Source: a bacterium (GTDB taxonomy: Bacteria; Patescibacteriota; Minisyncoccia; Phycocordibacterales; CAIZLB01). Taken from it: 64,000 nucleotides of DNA. Position 1 is the first letter of the stretch. Each line of letters begins with the position of its first letter. The notes below the pieces were generated by a model. That model had not been told where the DNA came from. It ran no database searches and saw nothing but the letters and a program-made list of their open reading frames with translations. A program made the position numbers and the translations under genes. Where the stretch lies: the NCBI GenBank assembly GCA_027490575.1, contig JAIXXV010000032.1:13211-77210 (forward strand), in the 5' to 3' direction. Shown in pieces: positions 1 through 9,162 of the stretch.

Positions 1-189
1 TGGCACCTTATCTCCATAAGTGAAATCTTCACCGCCGTTCATATCCGGGTGCTCTAGAGTCTGAAGCACAATATCTGCACCAAACTTATTTATCTTAAAA
101 GGTGAATTTTTAGATGGAGGATTGATAGCTATAGTCAAATCTCCATATTGAATCTTAAAACATTCGTGTCCAAAGTATGTAACAATCAT
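1..189 (-). CDS. MBL-fold metal-dependent hydrolase, N-terminal fragment (runs off window)
   Basis: Minus-strand translation from ATG at 187-189 gives MIVTYFGHECFKIQYGDLTIAINPP..., typical of the UPF0173/beta-lactamase-fold hydrolase N-terminus; truncated by the window edge. Confidence 0.45.
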   Translation of the reverse strand, partial: MIVTYFGHECFKIQYGDLTIAINPPSKNSPFKINKFGADIVLQTLEHPDMNGGEDFTYGDKVP

Positions 190-290
190 ATGCCGACTAT
201 TTTACATTAGTTTTGAAAATGGTGCTAGTTGATGCGTATTTACGCATTCTAGATAAACATACTCAAACTGTAAATCAACTGTACATCAAC

Positions 291-318
291 TGTACATCCC
301 GCCATTTTTATGTATAAT
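291..318 (+). promoter_or_regulatory. putative sigma70-type promoter upstream of rpsA (-35 TGTACA, -10 TATAAT)
   Basis: TATAAT at 313-318 preceded by TG; TGTACA 16 bp upstream; about 95-nt leader to rpsA ATG; overlaps tandem 11-bp direct repeat ATCAACTGTAC x2 (274-295). Confidence 0.4.
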
Positions 319-413
319 ACTGGGACAATCTTTTATTAACCGAAAGTACGTGTAATCCCTGCTGTGCCATTCAGTCAATCCATGCAGAAGCTCGTATTTT
401 CAAAAACTAACAA

Positions 414-1541
414 ATGACAAATACAAAAGATTTGGAAAATGTGTCAGTTTCTAAAGAAGAAATGGCTCAGGCTCCCGTAAACCCAACGTACATGGGTAAA
501 CTATTAGCAGATACAGCCAATCCACCTAGTGTTGGAGACCTTGTAGAGGGTCCGGTTATCGCCATCGACAAAAAAGGTGTATTCATAGACCTGAAGCCGT
601 ATGGTACTGGTATTATCTTCGGAAGAGAGTACATCAACGCCAGAGATATCATCAGAAAGGTAAATGTTGGTGACAATATTGCCGCTAAGGTTGTAGAAAT
701 CAGTAATACTGATGGATACGTAGAACTTTCACTTAAAGAAGCTAAACAAGCCCTTATTTGGAATGAGGCTGAAGACGCTATCAAGTCAAAAGTCACATTT
801 GATATACCTGTACTTGAAGCAAACAAAGGAGGTCTACTACTATCATGGCAAGGTATTCACGGATTCCTTCCAGCATCTCAACTTAAAGCTGATCACTACC
901 CACGTGTAGAAGATGGTGATAAAGACAGAATCCTAGAAGAACTAAAAAAGCTTGTAGGCCAAAAGCTTTCAGTTACTATCATTGGTGCATCTCCAAAAGA
1001 AGGTAAACTTATCTTCTCTGAGAAAAACCCTGAGACTAAGGAGAAAGAACAAGCAGCTGGTAAGTACTCTGTAGGTGATGAAGTTGAAGGTACTGTTACA
1101 GGTGCAGTTGATTTCGGAGTCTTTATCAAGATAGAAGAAGGTCTAGAAGGACTTGTTCACATATCTGAGATAGACTGGGCACTTGTTGAGGACCCTAGAC
1201 TTCTATACAAAGTCGGAGACAAAGTTAAAGTTAAGGTTATAGAAATCAAAGACGGCAAGATATCTCTATCTATCAAGGCTCTAAAGGAAAATCCTTGGAA
1301 AGAAGCTGAGAAGAAATACAAGAAAGACGATATCGTTAAAGGTGTTGTTATCAAATTCAACAAGCACGGTGCACTTGCTAGTATCGAAGAAGGTGTTGCA
1401 GGACTTGTACACGTTTCAGAATTCGGTAGTGATATCAAACTTAGAGAAAAACTAGAGCTAGGAAAGATTTACACATTCAAGATCAATCTATTTGATGCAA
1501 AAGATCAAAAGATGGCGCTTGGGTTTGTCGACAAAAAATAA
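414..1541 (+). CDS. rpsA: 30S ribosomal protein S1 (four S1 domains, short form)
   Basis: 375 aa; repeated S1 OB-fold modules (GxV.G.V..i.dfGvFv.l..g.eGLvHiSEi); plausible promoter upstream. Confidence 0.9.
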   Translation: MTNTKDLENVSVSKEEMAQAPVNPTYMGKLLADTANPPSVGDLVEGPVIAIDKKGVFIDLKPYGTGIIFGREYINARDIIRKVNVGDNIAAKVVEISNTDGYVELSLKEAKQALIWNEAEDAIKSKVTFDIPVLEANKGGLLLSWQGIHGFLPASQLKADHYPRVEDGDKDRILEELKKLVGQKLSVTIIGASPKEGKLIFSEKNPETKEKEQAAGKYSVGDEVEGTVTGAVDFGVFIKIEEGLEGLVHISEIDWALVEDPRLLYKVGDKVKVKVIEIKDGKISLSIKALKENPWKEAEKKYKKDDIVKGVVIKFNKHGALASIEEGVAGLVHVSEFGSDIKLREKLELGKIYTFKINLFDAKDQKMALGFVDKK

Positions 1542-1567
1542 AAATCTTCGCAACTATTTTTAGAGAA

Positions 1568-1600
1568 CAAAACCTCGAAACAATCGGGGTTTTTGTTTTT
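1568..1600 (+). terminator. rho-independent terminator after rpsA
   Basis: Hairpin AAAACCTCG...CGGGGTTTT followed by TTTTGTTTTT. Confidence 0.5.
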
Positions 1601-1664
1601 CCTAATACTAGTAAATGCTATTTGATGGCCATATTTAAGCCCTATCTTGAGCCACATTTTGTAT

Positions 1665-1693
1665 TTGACAAGCCATATAGTGCTGGTATAATA
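1665..1693 (+). promoter_or_regulatory. near-consensus sigma70 promoter TTGACA-17-TATAAT
   Basis: TTGACA at 1665-1670, 17-bp spacer, TATAAT at 1688-1693; drives a roughly 340-nt unit ending at the terminator at 2001-2040. Confidence 0.55.
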
Positions 1694-2000
1694 CTATTCC
1701 AGTACAAGGCGCAAGTTTTGTACAACCTCAACAATTTAGAAGGTGTTCATGTGATCACCTTAGCACCCGAATTGAAAGGCGGGTTTGAACATTATGGCAG
1801 CCATGTTTAACGACGGAAGACCTATTCAAAACGTCTTCCAAGTAAGTCAGAGAGCATTGCTTTCGGAGGAAAGCCTACTTCTTGAAGAAATGAGAGAAGC
1901 ATCACTTGCTGATTTCCATCCAGTTCACGCTGGATTCGCTGGTGCCCTCGCACTAATTCTGGAGGTAGGTGCCGACGACAACGAACTCTGAGCCTCAAAA

Positions 2001-2040
2001 GCTCCCAATAGCCGACTCTCACCCTCGTGGTGGCAGTCGG
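2001..2040 (+). terminator. strong rho-independent terminator
   Basis: AGCCGACT...AGTCGGCT hairpin followed by TTTTTTTA. Confidence 0.65.
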
Positions 2041-2087
2041 CTTTTTTTATTTCCCAAAGATTGCTACTGGTCAGACTCACACTTAAA

Positions 2088-2699
2088 CTAACCCTGATTA
2101 AACTCACCCATTGCCTTTTCCCTACCTTCACTTATACACATGTAAATTGCTTCTGCGACTTTTTTTGATATTTTCTTTATCTCATCAAACTCAGCTGGCT
2201 TGAACTCACCTACTATAAAATCCATGATTTTATCTGAACCTGGCTTTTTGGGTTTACCAGAAGGAGTTGTTGGACATATGCCGACTTTTATTCTGGCAAA
2301 TGCTTCTGTCTTTATAGCTTTTTTTATTGACTCTATACCCCTGTGCCCACCTGATCCTCGATTGAAAAGTATTTTTATCTTTCCAATGGGCATATCTAGG
2401 TCGTCTTGCACGACTATCAGCTTTTCAGCTTTTTTTGCACTTGTCACCAAGGGTGCGACACTGGCACCAGACTTGTTCATATAGGTCTCAGGTAAAACGA
2501 GAGTGACTTTTTCTACACCTGTTTTTGCGTTTTCTGAATCAATCTCATCTTGAGAAATCATTGCCGAATACTTAGAACTTTTTACAAACTCAGGAAACTT
2601 ATACTTTTTTGCAAATTGTTCAACTCCAATACGACCAGCATTATGTCTGGTATTTTTGTACTCTTCACCTGGGTTTCCTAGTCCAACGACAATATACAT
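2088..2699 (-). CDS. pth: peptidyl-tRNA hydrolase
   Basis: N-terminal VVGLGNPG...NTRHNAG motif and overall Pth family length/profile. Confidence 0.9.
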   Translation of the reverse strand: MYIVVGLGNPGEEYKNTRHNAGRIGVEQFAKKYKFPEFVKSSKYSAMISQDEIDSENAKTGVEKVTLVLPETYMNKSGASVAPLVTSAKKAEKLIVVQDDLDMPIGKIKILFNRGSGGHRGIESIKKAIKTEAFARIKVGICPTTPSGKPKKPGSDKIMDFIVGEFKPAEFDEIKKISKKVAEAIYMCISEGREKAMGEFNQG

Positions 2700-2751
2700 A
2701 TTATTTTATTTATATTTTGATTATAACATAAAAGTGTAGTATCATGCTGAT

Positions 2752-3303
2752 ATGAGTTTTTTATCAAGACAATTTAAAGAGTGGCGTTATACGATTTTGC
2801 TTTTCATTGTATTGATATCTATCCGACTATTTGTTGCAGAGCCATTTCTAGTTTATGGAAGTTCTATGGATCCCACGTTTACATCCGGTGATTATCTGGT
2901 GGTTGATGAGATAAGTTACAAGCTAGAAAATCCAAAGAGAGGTGAAGTCATAGTTTTCATACCACCATATGACAACACCAGACATTTTATAAAAAGGATT
3001 ATAGGGCTTCCAGGTGAGACAGTTATAGTTGATGGTTCAGTTATAAAGATTATAAATGACCAGAATCCAAAAGGATTTATCTTGGATGAGCCATATGTAA
3101 AGTTCCAGAGCAATAGAAAATCCACAGTAAAACTCAGCGAAAATGAGTATTATGTGGCTGGTGACAACAGAAATGTCAGCTACGACTCTAGAAGCTGGGG
3201 TGCCTTGCCATCTGAGAATATTACTGGTAGAGCATTATTGAGATTGTATCCTTTCCAAAGTATAGGTATACTCCCTGGAAATGAGCACATTACGGCTGAA
3301 TAA
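2752..3303 (+). CDS. lepB: signal peptidase I
   Basis: N-terminal TM, GSSMDPT (catalytic Ser box), KRIIGLPGE (Lys box), GDNRNVSYDSRSWG box. Confidence 0.85.
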   Translation: MSFLSRQFKEWRYTILLFIVLISIRLFVAEPFLVYGSSMDPTFTSGDYLVVDEISYKLENPKRGEVIVFIPPYDNTRHFIKRIIGLPGETVIVDGSVIKIINDQNPKGFILDEPYVKFQSNRKSTVKLSENEYYVAGDNRNVSYDSRSWGALPSENITGRALLRLYPFQSIGILPGNEHITAE

Positions 3304-3432
3304 GGGCCAAATCCTGCATAATAGCCTTACATAGGCCGCAGACAGCTCAATGCAGGGCCAAGGGTCCAGATTTAGACGCAATATCGGACACAGCATATAG
3401 CTGGATTTAGCATAAATAAATCAAACAAAAAA

Positions 3433-4713
3433 ATGGCTGAGAAGAAAACAAAAAGCAAAACTGACCAAAAAAACATTTTGACTGATAAAAACCCAATTTT
3501 CAAAGGACATGAACATGCAAGCCACACTGCAAAACACTATGGCTTTCACCCATTTGCAGGACTACAGGTAGAAAAACAAGACCTGGTAAAAGCTAAAAAC
3601 TTCAAAGATAGTAAGAAAACCGCCTTCAACGACAAGGACTCTCTTTTGAGTTTTGATAAGTTACTTGAAGAGAAGATTGCCATCATGAGAATGTATGTCG
3701 AGAAACAAATGGCTGACATTCATCAACCACCGATGATTTCATACAGTGGTCCTCTTACTGGAAACCCTCATGCATCTGATAAAACTAAACTCAAGACATT
3801 TAACCTTGATATAGTTGCCAATCCAAAAAGTATTGCCGATGCACTAGTTATCGAAACAGCTTTTGTTATTTTGAAAGAGCAGATTGATGCTGATTCTGAG
3901 TTAATGATTGAGATAAACTCTATTGGAGATAAAGAATCATTCCAAAAATTCACTAAAGACTTGATAGTATTTTCAAAAAAGAGAGCGCCGGATATGCCGA
4001 CTAGCATCAGGCAAGCATTTAAGAAAGACCCTTTTACTTTGTACTCATGTAAAGACGAAGAGTGTCTAGCTATACAAGAAGAGGCTCCAAAGCCCATGAG
4101 CTACCTTTCAGAAGAAAGTCGTGATCATTTTAGAGAAGTACTTGAGTATATTGAGTCATTGTCTATCCCCTACACCATCAATCATTCACTTATAGGCAGT
4201 AGACACTATTCTTCTGGGACAATATTTCAAATCGTGAAAGTTCCGAAAGCAGGCAAAGGTCCAAAAGATGGCAAGATAAAAAGAGAGGTATTGGCTATTG
4301 GCGAAAGATACAACAATGTATCAAAGAAAGCTTGGAACAAAAAAGAAGTTCCTGCTGTTGGTGTAACAATGCTAATAGATGAAAAAGCTATAAAGAATCT
4401 ACCACCAAAAAAGATTATCATTGAAGAGGCAAAGTTTTACTTTATACAGCTTGGTTATGATGCAAAGCTAAAGAGTCTTTCTATTATAGAAATGCTTCGT
4501 GTTGCAAATATCCCTGTTCATCAATCTCTATCTAGAGATAAGATAACGAGCCAGCTTGCTGCCGCGGAGAAACTAAACGTACCGTATATCATCTTGCTTG
4601 GCCAAAAGGAGGCTATAGAAAACAGTGTAACTATTAGACATGTCCAGACTAGAGTACAGGAAACAGTAAAACTCCATGAACTAGTGGATTATATAAAGAA
4701 ATTATTAAAATAA
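3433..4713 (+). CDS. histidyl-tRNA synthetase-like protein (class II HisRS/HisZ family) with retained anticodon-binding domain; catalytic motifs appear degenerate
   Basis: Strong similarity to the HisRS core (IEINSIG, SEESRDHFREVLEYIESLSIPYTINHSLIGSRHYS vs E. coli [42 protein letters not shown]); C-terminal HisRS-type anticodon-binding domain; motif-2 region reads GPLTGNPHASDKTKLKTF instead of GPMFRHERPQKGRYRQF; no RPEGTA loop. Confidence 0.6.
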   Translation: MAEKKTKSKTDQKNILTDKNPIFKGHEHASHTAKHYGFHPFAGLQVEKQDLVKAKNFKDSKKTAFNDKDSLLSFDKLLEEKIAIMRMYVEKQMADIHQPPMISYSGPLTGNPHASDKTKLKTFNLDIVANPKSIADALVIETAFVILKEQIDADSELMIEINSIGDKESFQKFTKDLIVFSKKRAPDMPTSIRQAFKKDPFTLYSCKDEECLAIQEEAPKPMSYLSEESRDHFREVLEYIESLSIPYTINHSLIGSRHYSSGTIFQIVKVPKAGKGPKDGKIKREVLAIGERYNNVSKKAWNKKEVPAVGVTMLIDEKAIKNLPPKKIIIEEAKFYFIQLGYDAKLKSLSIIEMLRVANIPVHQSLSRDKITSQLAAAEKLNVPYIILLGQKEAIENSVTIRHVQTRVQETVKLHELVDYIKKLLK

Positions 4714-4833
4714 TATTAAGAAAGGCTCAAATATACCTAAATATATCTTTACGGCGCATTAGGATTGCTAGAATTGGTAATAATTCTATATGATTTGCAA
4801 GAATTAGCCATTCATGATATATTTTGAAACCAT

Positions 4834-5076
4834 ATGATAAACGTTAATATCCAGAAGAACCCAACAGAAAGTGCTGCTTCTATTTTGAGAAGATTTACTA
4901 AGAAAGTACAAGAGTCAGGTGTACTTAACAGAGTTAGATCTATCAAATACGCAGAGAGAAACCTTTCATACTACAAAAAGAAAAAAGGTGCTCTTGAAAA
5001 GCTTAAAAGACAACTTGAAAGAGAGAACTTGATCAAGCTTGGAAAACTCACAGTTGTTACAAGAAAAGGTAGATAG
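4834..5076 (+). CDS. rpsU: 30S ribosomal protein S21
   Basis: 80 aa basic protein; LRRFTKKVQESGVL...KYAER matches the S21 core (RRFKR..EK.G.L.E.RRR..YEKP). Confidence 0.85.
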   Translation: MINVNIQKNPTESAASILRRFTKKVQESGVLNRVRSIKYAERNLSYYKKKKGALEKLKRQLERENLIKLGKLTVVTRKGR

Positions 5077-5164
5077 TTGGTCACTAGATAACTAAGTTCA
5101 CTTATCTAGTATAAGTGTCTTCAAGCCTTAGTGCTGTCTAAAAGTCATAGTCAAAGTTACAATT

Positions 5165-5569
5165 ATGAATACTTTATACACACAAGACACATTCGAAATA
5201 TCTACAACCGTAAAAAAGGCGCCTAAGATTGATGGCGCTCTTTTTTATAAGTTAAAAAACCATGTTTTAGGTAAGAACTATGACCTGAGTTTTGTTTTTA
5301 TCGGACAAAAGCGTATGAGACACCTGAATAACACTCATAGACGAAAAGATTATGCGACTGATATTTTGAGTTTTACTATTGATAATGAGAACGGAGAAAT
5401 ATTTATTTATCCAAAAAAAGCAGAACAAAAATCAAAAGATTTTGATAAAACTTTTAAAGAATATTTACCTTTTTTATTTATCCACGGGTTAATGCATTTG
5501 AAAGGATTCGAACATGGTAGTATTATGGATAGTGAAGAAGCTCGAGTTAGAAGCTTGTTCAAAGTTTAA
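5165..5569 (+). CDS. ybeY: rRNA maturation endoribonuclease YbeY
   Basis: HGLMHLKGFEH zinc-binding HxxxHxxxxxH motif at the C-terminus; 134 aa. Confidence 0.85.
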   Translation: MNTLYTQDTFEISTTVKKAPKIDGALFYKLKNHVLGKNYDLSFVFIGQKRMRHLNNTHRRKDYATDILSFTIDNENGEIFIYPKKAEQKSKDFDKTFKEYLPFLFIHGLMHLKGFEHGSIMDSEEARVRSLFKV

Positions 5570-5593
5570 ATAATCTTTTCAAGAAATATACAA

Positions 5594-6781
5594 ATGGCAT
5601 TAGGTCGAAATACAGCTGTCGGCATTGACGTAGGAACTCATCAAGTAAAAGTGATCGTCGGTGAATCTGACCCTAAAAATGAAAAATCTATGCCTCGAAT
5701 CATTGGCTCTGGTATCGCAGAATCAAAAGGTATTCGTCATGGATTTGTAACAAACGTTGATGATATTGCAAAGAGTATCAGGACAGCGGTATCTATGGCC
5801 GAGAAATCATGTGGTTCCCCTATCAAAAAAGCCTATATATCAGTAGGTGGTGTAGGACTAGGTGCCATCATATCTTTTGGAAGTGTAGCAACCACCAAAG
5901 CAGACTCAGAGATCACAGAGCTAGATATCAAACGTGCCATAGAGGAGAGCGAAAAGGAGCTACCAAACACATACATACAAAACAGAAAGATTATACATAC
6001 AGTACCGCTCGAGTTTAGAGTAGACGGAAAAAGGATACTGGGCAGACCTGTTGGCCTAAAGGGCGTCAAACTAGAAGTGAAAGTTTTATATATCACATGT
6101 CTATCGCACCACCTCAACGACTTACTATCTGCATTTGACGAAGCAGACATAGAAGTTCTAGACGTCACAGCTTCACCTATAGCAGCAAGTCTTGTCACCC
6201 TAAGTAAAACTCAAAAGATTGCAGGTTGTATACTAGCTAACATTGGCGCTGAGACTACATCTATCATAGTATTTGAAAACAACACACCAGTTTCTATGGA
6301 GGTATTTCAGATAGGTTCAAATGATATAACCAACGACTTGGCATTAGGTCTCAAGATATCAATAGAAGAAGCCGAGGATATAAAGCGAGGTACAGGACGC
6401 ATTGGAGAATTTTCAAAAAGAAAGATTGAGGAAATCATCGTCGCTCGTCTATCAGACATATTTGACCTAATAGAAGATCACCTAAAACGTATAGATAGAA
6501 ACGGCCTACTTCCAGCAGGTATCATCATGACAGGTGGAGGATCAAATATCCACAGTATCGAAGAGTTAGCAAAAGTAACACTTAGACTACCTTCAAAACA
6601 ATCAAGGCTGCGCTTCGAAGGAAACATAAAAAACATGCAAAATGACACTGAATGGGCGGTTTGCTATGGTTTAGCCCTTTTGAACCTTACAGACACTCCA
6701 GGAGACGATTTTAAGCCTTTAAACGAGTTTAAAAAGGTCAGTAGATTCATGATTAGATTCTTTAAGAAGTTTCTACCTTAG
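5594..6781 (+). CDS. ftsA: cell division protein FtsA
   Basis: Actin-like ATPase fold (GIDVGT...; IMTGGGS) and the ftsA-ftsZ gene order. Confidence 0.85.
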   Translation: MALGRNTAVGIDVGTHQVKVIVGESDPKNEKSMPRIIGSGIAESKGIRHGFVTNVDDIAKSIRTAVSMAEKSCGSPIKKAYISVGGVGLGAIISFGSVATTKADSEITELDIKRAIEESEKELPNTYIQNRKIIHTVPLEFRVDGKRILGRPVGLKGVKLEVKVLYITCLSHHLNDLLSAFDEADIEVLDVTASPIAASLVTLSKTQKIAGCILANIGAETTSIIVFENNTPVSMEVFQIGSNDITNDLALGLKISIEEAEDIKRGTGRIGEFSKRKIEEIIVARLSDIFDLIEDHLKRIDRNGLLPAGIIMTGGGSNIHSIEELAKVTLRLPSKQSRLRFEGNIKNMQNDTEWAVCYGLALLNLTDTPGDDFKPLNEFKKVSRFMIRFFKKFLP

Positions 6782-7058
6782 TTACATAGGGCTACTTGTT
6801 GCACCTTGGCATATTTAGACGTCCTTTACATGTCTTTTAAAATACTTATATTTTAGGCAATACTTTGCCATTATTGTCGCCTTTTACATTTAAAATGGTA
6901 GTGGTATTATTGTCTCATATTAACCAGTGCGGTTGATTTGTCTGTTTGACTTTTACATGCTAGAAAAAACTTTATAAATAATTCATTATTTATAAGTATC
7001 ATTGTGTATGACAAGTTTAAGACATTGTCCGTAATTATTTCAGAATTTTATAAATACT

Positions 7059-8315
7059 ATGCCTCAAGTAAAACCAGAAATAGAAACATTCGCTAGAATC
7101 AAAGTCATCGGTATCGGTGGCTCAGGAAAAAACGCAACTAATCACATGATTAATGCGAAAGTTAAAAGTGTAGACTTCTTAGCTATCAATACTGATGCTC
7201 AAGATCTACACCACTCACTTGCAAAGAAAAAAATTCACATTGGAAAAAATCTAACACGAGGACTAGGTGCTGGTATGAATCCTGAAGTAGGTAAAAGAGC
7301 TGCTGAAGAAACAAAAGAAGAGATTCAAGAGGCTTTGAAAAACTCTGACATGGTGTTTGTTGCTGGAGGTCTAGGTGGTGGTACTTGTACTGGTGCTTCC
7401 CCTATCGTAGCAAAGATTGCTAGAGAGATGGGTGCTTTGACTATCGGTGTAGTTACAAAACCTTTCATGTTCGAAGGTCAATCTCGTATGAGACTTGCAG
7501 ACCAAGGCCTAGAAGAACTAAGTAAAGCCGTTGACGCTCTAGTAGTTATCCCTAACGACAAGCTTCTAGCCGCAGTTGGCAAAGACACTACTGCAAAGCA
7601 AGCTTTCAGTATGTGCGATGAGGTTCTTAGACAAGCAGTAGAGGGTATTTCAGACCTTATCACTATGCCTGGTACAGTCGGAAACATTGACTTTGCTGAC
7701 ATCAGAGCGGTCCTAGAGGACGCTGGATCAGCACTTATGGGTATTGGTAGTGCTAGTGGTGAAAAGAGAGCTGAGGAGGCCGCTAAAGCCGCTATCAGTT
7801 CCCCACTTATCGATATTTCTATCCATGGTGCCAAAGGAGTACTATTCTCTATCGCATCTGGAGACGACCTCACTATGTGGGAGATCCAGGAAGCTGCCAA
7901 GATCATTACTGACTCAGTTGATCCAAATGCCAAGATTATCTTCGGTACTGTAAAAGACGAAAAGCTCAAGAAAAATGAAATAAAGATCACTGTTATCGCC
8001 GCCAACTTCCCTGATTCATCAGCTTCTAGGAGATCATTTTCTATGAATCCAACTCAAGTAGTAGAGAGAGAAGAGATTGTTGAACCAAAAAGAGGTATAT
8101 TCAACTCATTTGGAGGAGGTTCATCTTCACAACCAGTACAGCAACAACCTCAGCCAGAACAAGCACCTGCTCCAGCTCCAGTGCACACACCTACTCAAGC
8201 AAGCCCTATAGTGGAGACAAAGCGCACTGAGGCTCCTACACCTATACAGACAGTACAAGATGATGACGACGAATGGGGTGCTGTGCCAGCGTTCCTAAGG
8301 AGAAGTAAGAAGTAG
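7059..8315 (+). CDS. ftsZ: cell division GTPase FtsZ
   Basis: IKVIGIGGSGKNA, GLGAGMNPEVG, GGLGGGTCTGASP tubulin signature; disordered tail ending in the conserved DDDEWGAVPAFLRR peptide. Confidence 0.95.
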   Translation: MPQVKPEIETFARIKVIGIGGSGKNATNHMINAKVKSVDFLAINTDAQDLHHSLAKKKIHIGKNLTRGLGAGMNPEVGKRAAEETKEEIQEALKNSDMVFVAGGLGGGTCTGASPIVAKIAREMGALTIGVVTKPFMFEGQSRMRLADQGLEELSKAVDALVVIPNDKLLAAVGKDTTAKQAFSMCDEVLRQAVEGISDLITMPGTVGNIDFADIRAVLEDAGSALMGIGSASGEKRAEEAAKAAISSPLIDISIHGAKGVLFSIASGDDLTMWEIQEAAKIITDSVDPNAKIIFGTVKDEKLKKNEIKITVIAANFPDSSASRRSFSMNPTQVVEREEIVEPKRGIFNSFGGGSSSQPVQQQPQPEQAPAPAPVHTPTQASPIVETKRTEAPTPIQTVQDDDDEWGAVPAFLRRSKK

Positions 8316-8321
8316 TATTAA

Positions 8322-8410
8322 TAATAACCTTTTTCAAGAGAACAGAGATTTTCTGCTGAAAATCTCTTCTGTTCGTTACAACTACCAAGTCTCTTGAAAA
8401 AGGTTATTAT
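8322..8410 (+). repeat. nested inverted repeat immediately after ftsZ (20-bp outer stem enclosing a 10-bp inner hairpin)
   Basis: Outer AATAACCTTTTTCAAGAG / CTCTTGAAAAAGGTTATT; inner CAGAGATTTTC / GAAAATCTCTTCTG. Confidence 0.45.
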
Positions 8411-8523
8411 TTTATATACAAAAGGAGACAACCGACACTTGCAACTCGCAAGCCTATCTAAAACACTTGTTTATCATTTAATGACAAGAACATTTGAAAC
8501 AACAATATTTACTGAATAAAAAA

Positions 8524-8570
8524 GAAGCTGGTGGGTTTGATTACCCTACCAGCTTTTTGATTTTGATTTT
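8524..8570. terminator. bidirectional rho-independent terminator
   Basis: AGCTGGTGGGT...ACCCTACCAGCT hairpin flanked by an A-run upstream and a T-run downstream; sits between convergent ftsZ and the 8574-8954 ORF. Confidence 0.5.
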
Positions 8571-8573
8571 TGG

Positions 8574-8954
8574 TCAAGTGAAAGAACTTGCTGAGGAGCG
8601 GGATCTTTTGATAAAAACCAGCCTGCTAACAACTTGACCCAAGTACATAGCAGAAAAGGCCAGCATCATCCCTACAAATGAAGATATTGTTCGACTAAAA
8701 GCTATAACAACATCAGAATACGTGTATCCTAACTTGTGATACAAATCAAAAATACCAAGGTCTTTTGTCACCCTCCCGCCTGTCTCCTGCATTATATACA
8801 TGTAGATATACGGGTATCCGATATAGCTTTGGAAAATCCTGTATCCATTGTACCAAAGGCACAAAAATACAAGACAAATAATCACCTTGGCCAAATTGAT
8901 TGTGGTTGCTGTGACAAGTGGTTTATCCTCCATCAGGAATCGATGCTTGCTCAT
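8574..8954 (-). CDS. hypothetical small membrane protein
   Basis: 126-aa ORF with hydrophobic segments; followed by a terminator; no recognisable family. Confidence 0.35.
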   Translation of the reverse strand: MSKHRFLMEDKPLVTATTINLAKVIICLVFLCLWYNGYRIFQSYIGYPYIYMYIMQETGGRVTKDLGIFDLYHKLGYTYSDVVIAFSRTISSFVGMMLAFSAMYLGQVVSRLVFIKRSRSSASSFT

Positions 8955-9162
8955 ATTATATTAATTTTGGTTTTAATTTTGGTTTTTGAATTAGCGTTGT
9001 TTTTTATATTATTGTTTTTATTATTTTACTTGTGCTTGTTTATAGTTGTCTTTGTATGAAAATGTGCATTTAAATATGCATAGGAACAAAGAACAAAACT
9101 GCAATGAGAGTACATCTGTTATGGTACAAAATCAAGTGACGTGGTGACGAAAAAATTATATA

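Noticed and set aside
1700-2040. tmRNA (ssrA) as the identity of the orphan transcription unit
   Set aside because: No GGTTCGAATCC-type T-arm, no CCA-ending acceptor pairing with the 5' end, and the only candidate tag (…ADDNEL*) does not end in the usual hydrophobic …LAA; left as an unassigned ncRNA/small-protein candidate
467-8005. Numerous 60-175-aa ORFs antisense to rpsA, ftsA, ftsZ and others
   Set aside because: They lie fully inside well-supported conserved genes on the opposite strand, without RBS or family similarity; treated as spurious
8736-9059. 107-aa plus-strand ORF rich in Leu/Phe
   Set aside because: Overlaps the 5' end of the minus-strand gene and an AT/T-rich promoter region; the low-complexity translation is typical of T-rich non-coding DNA
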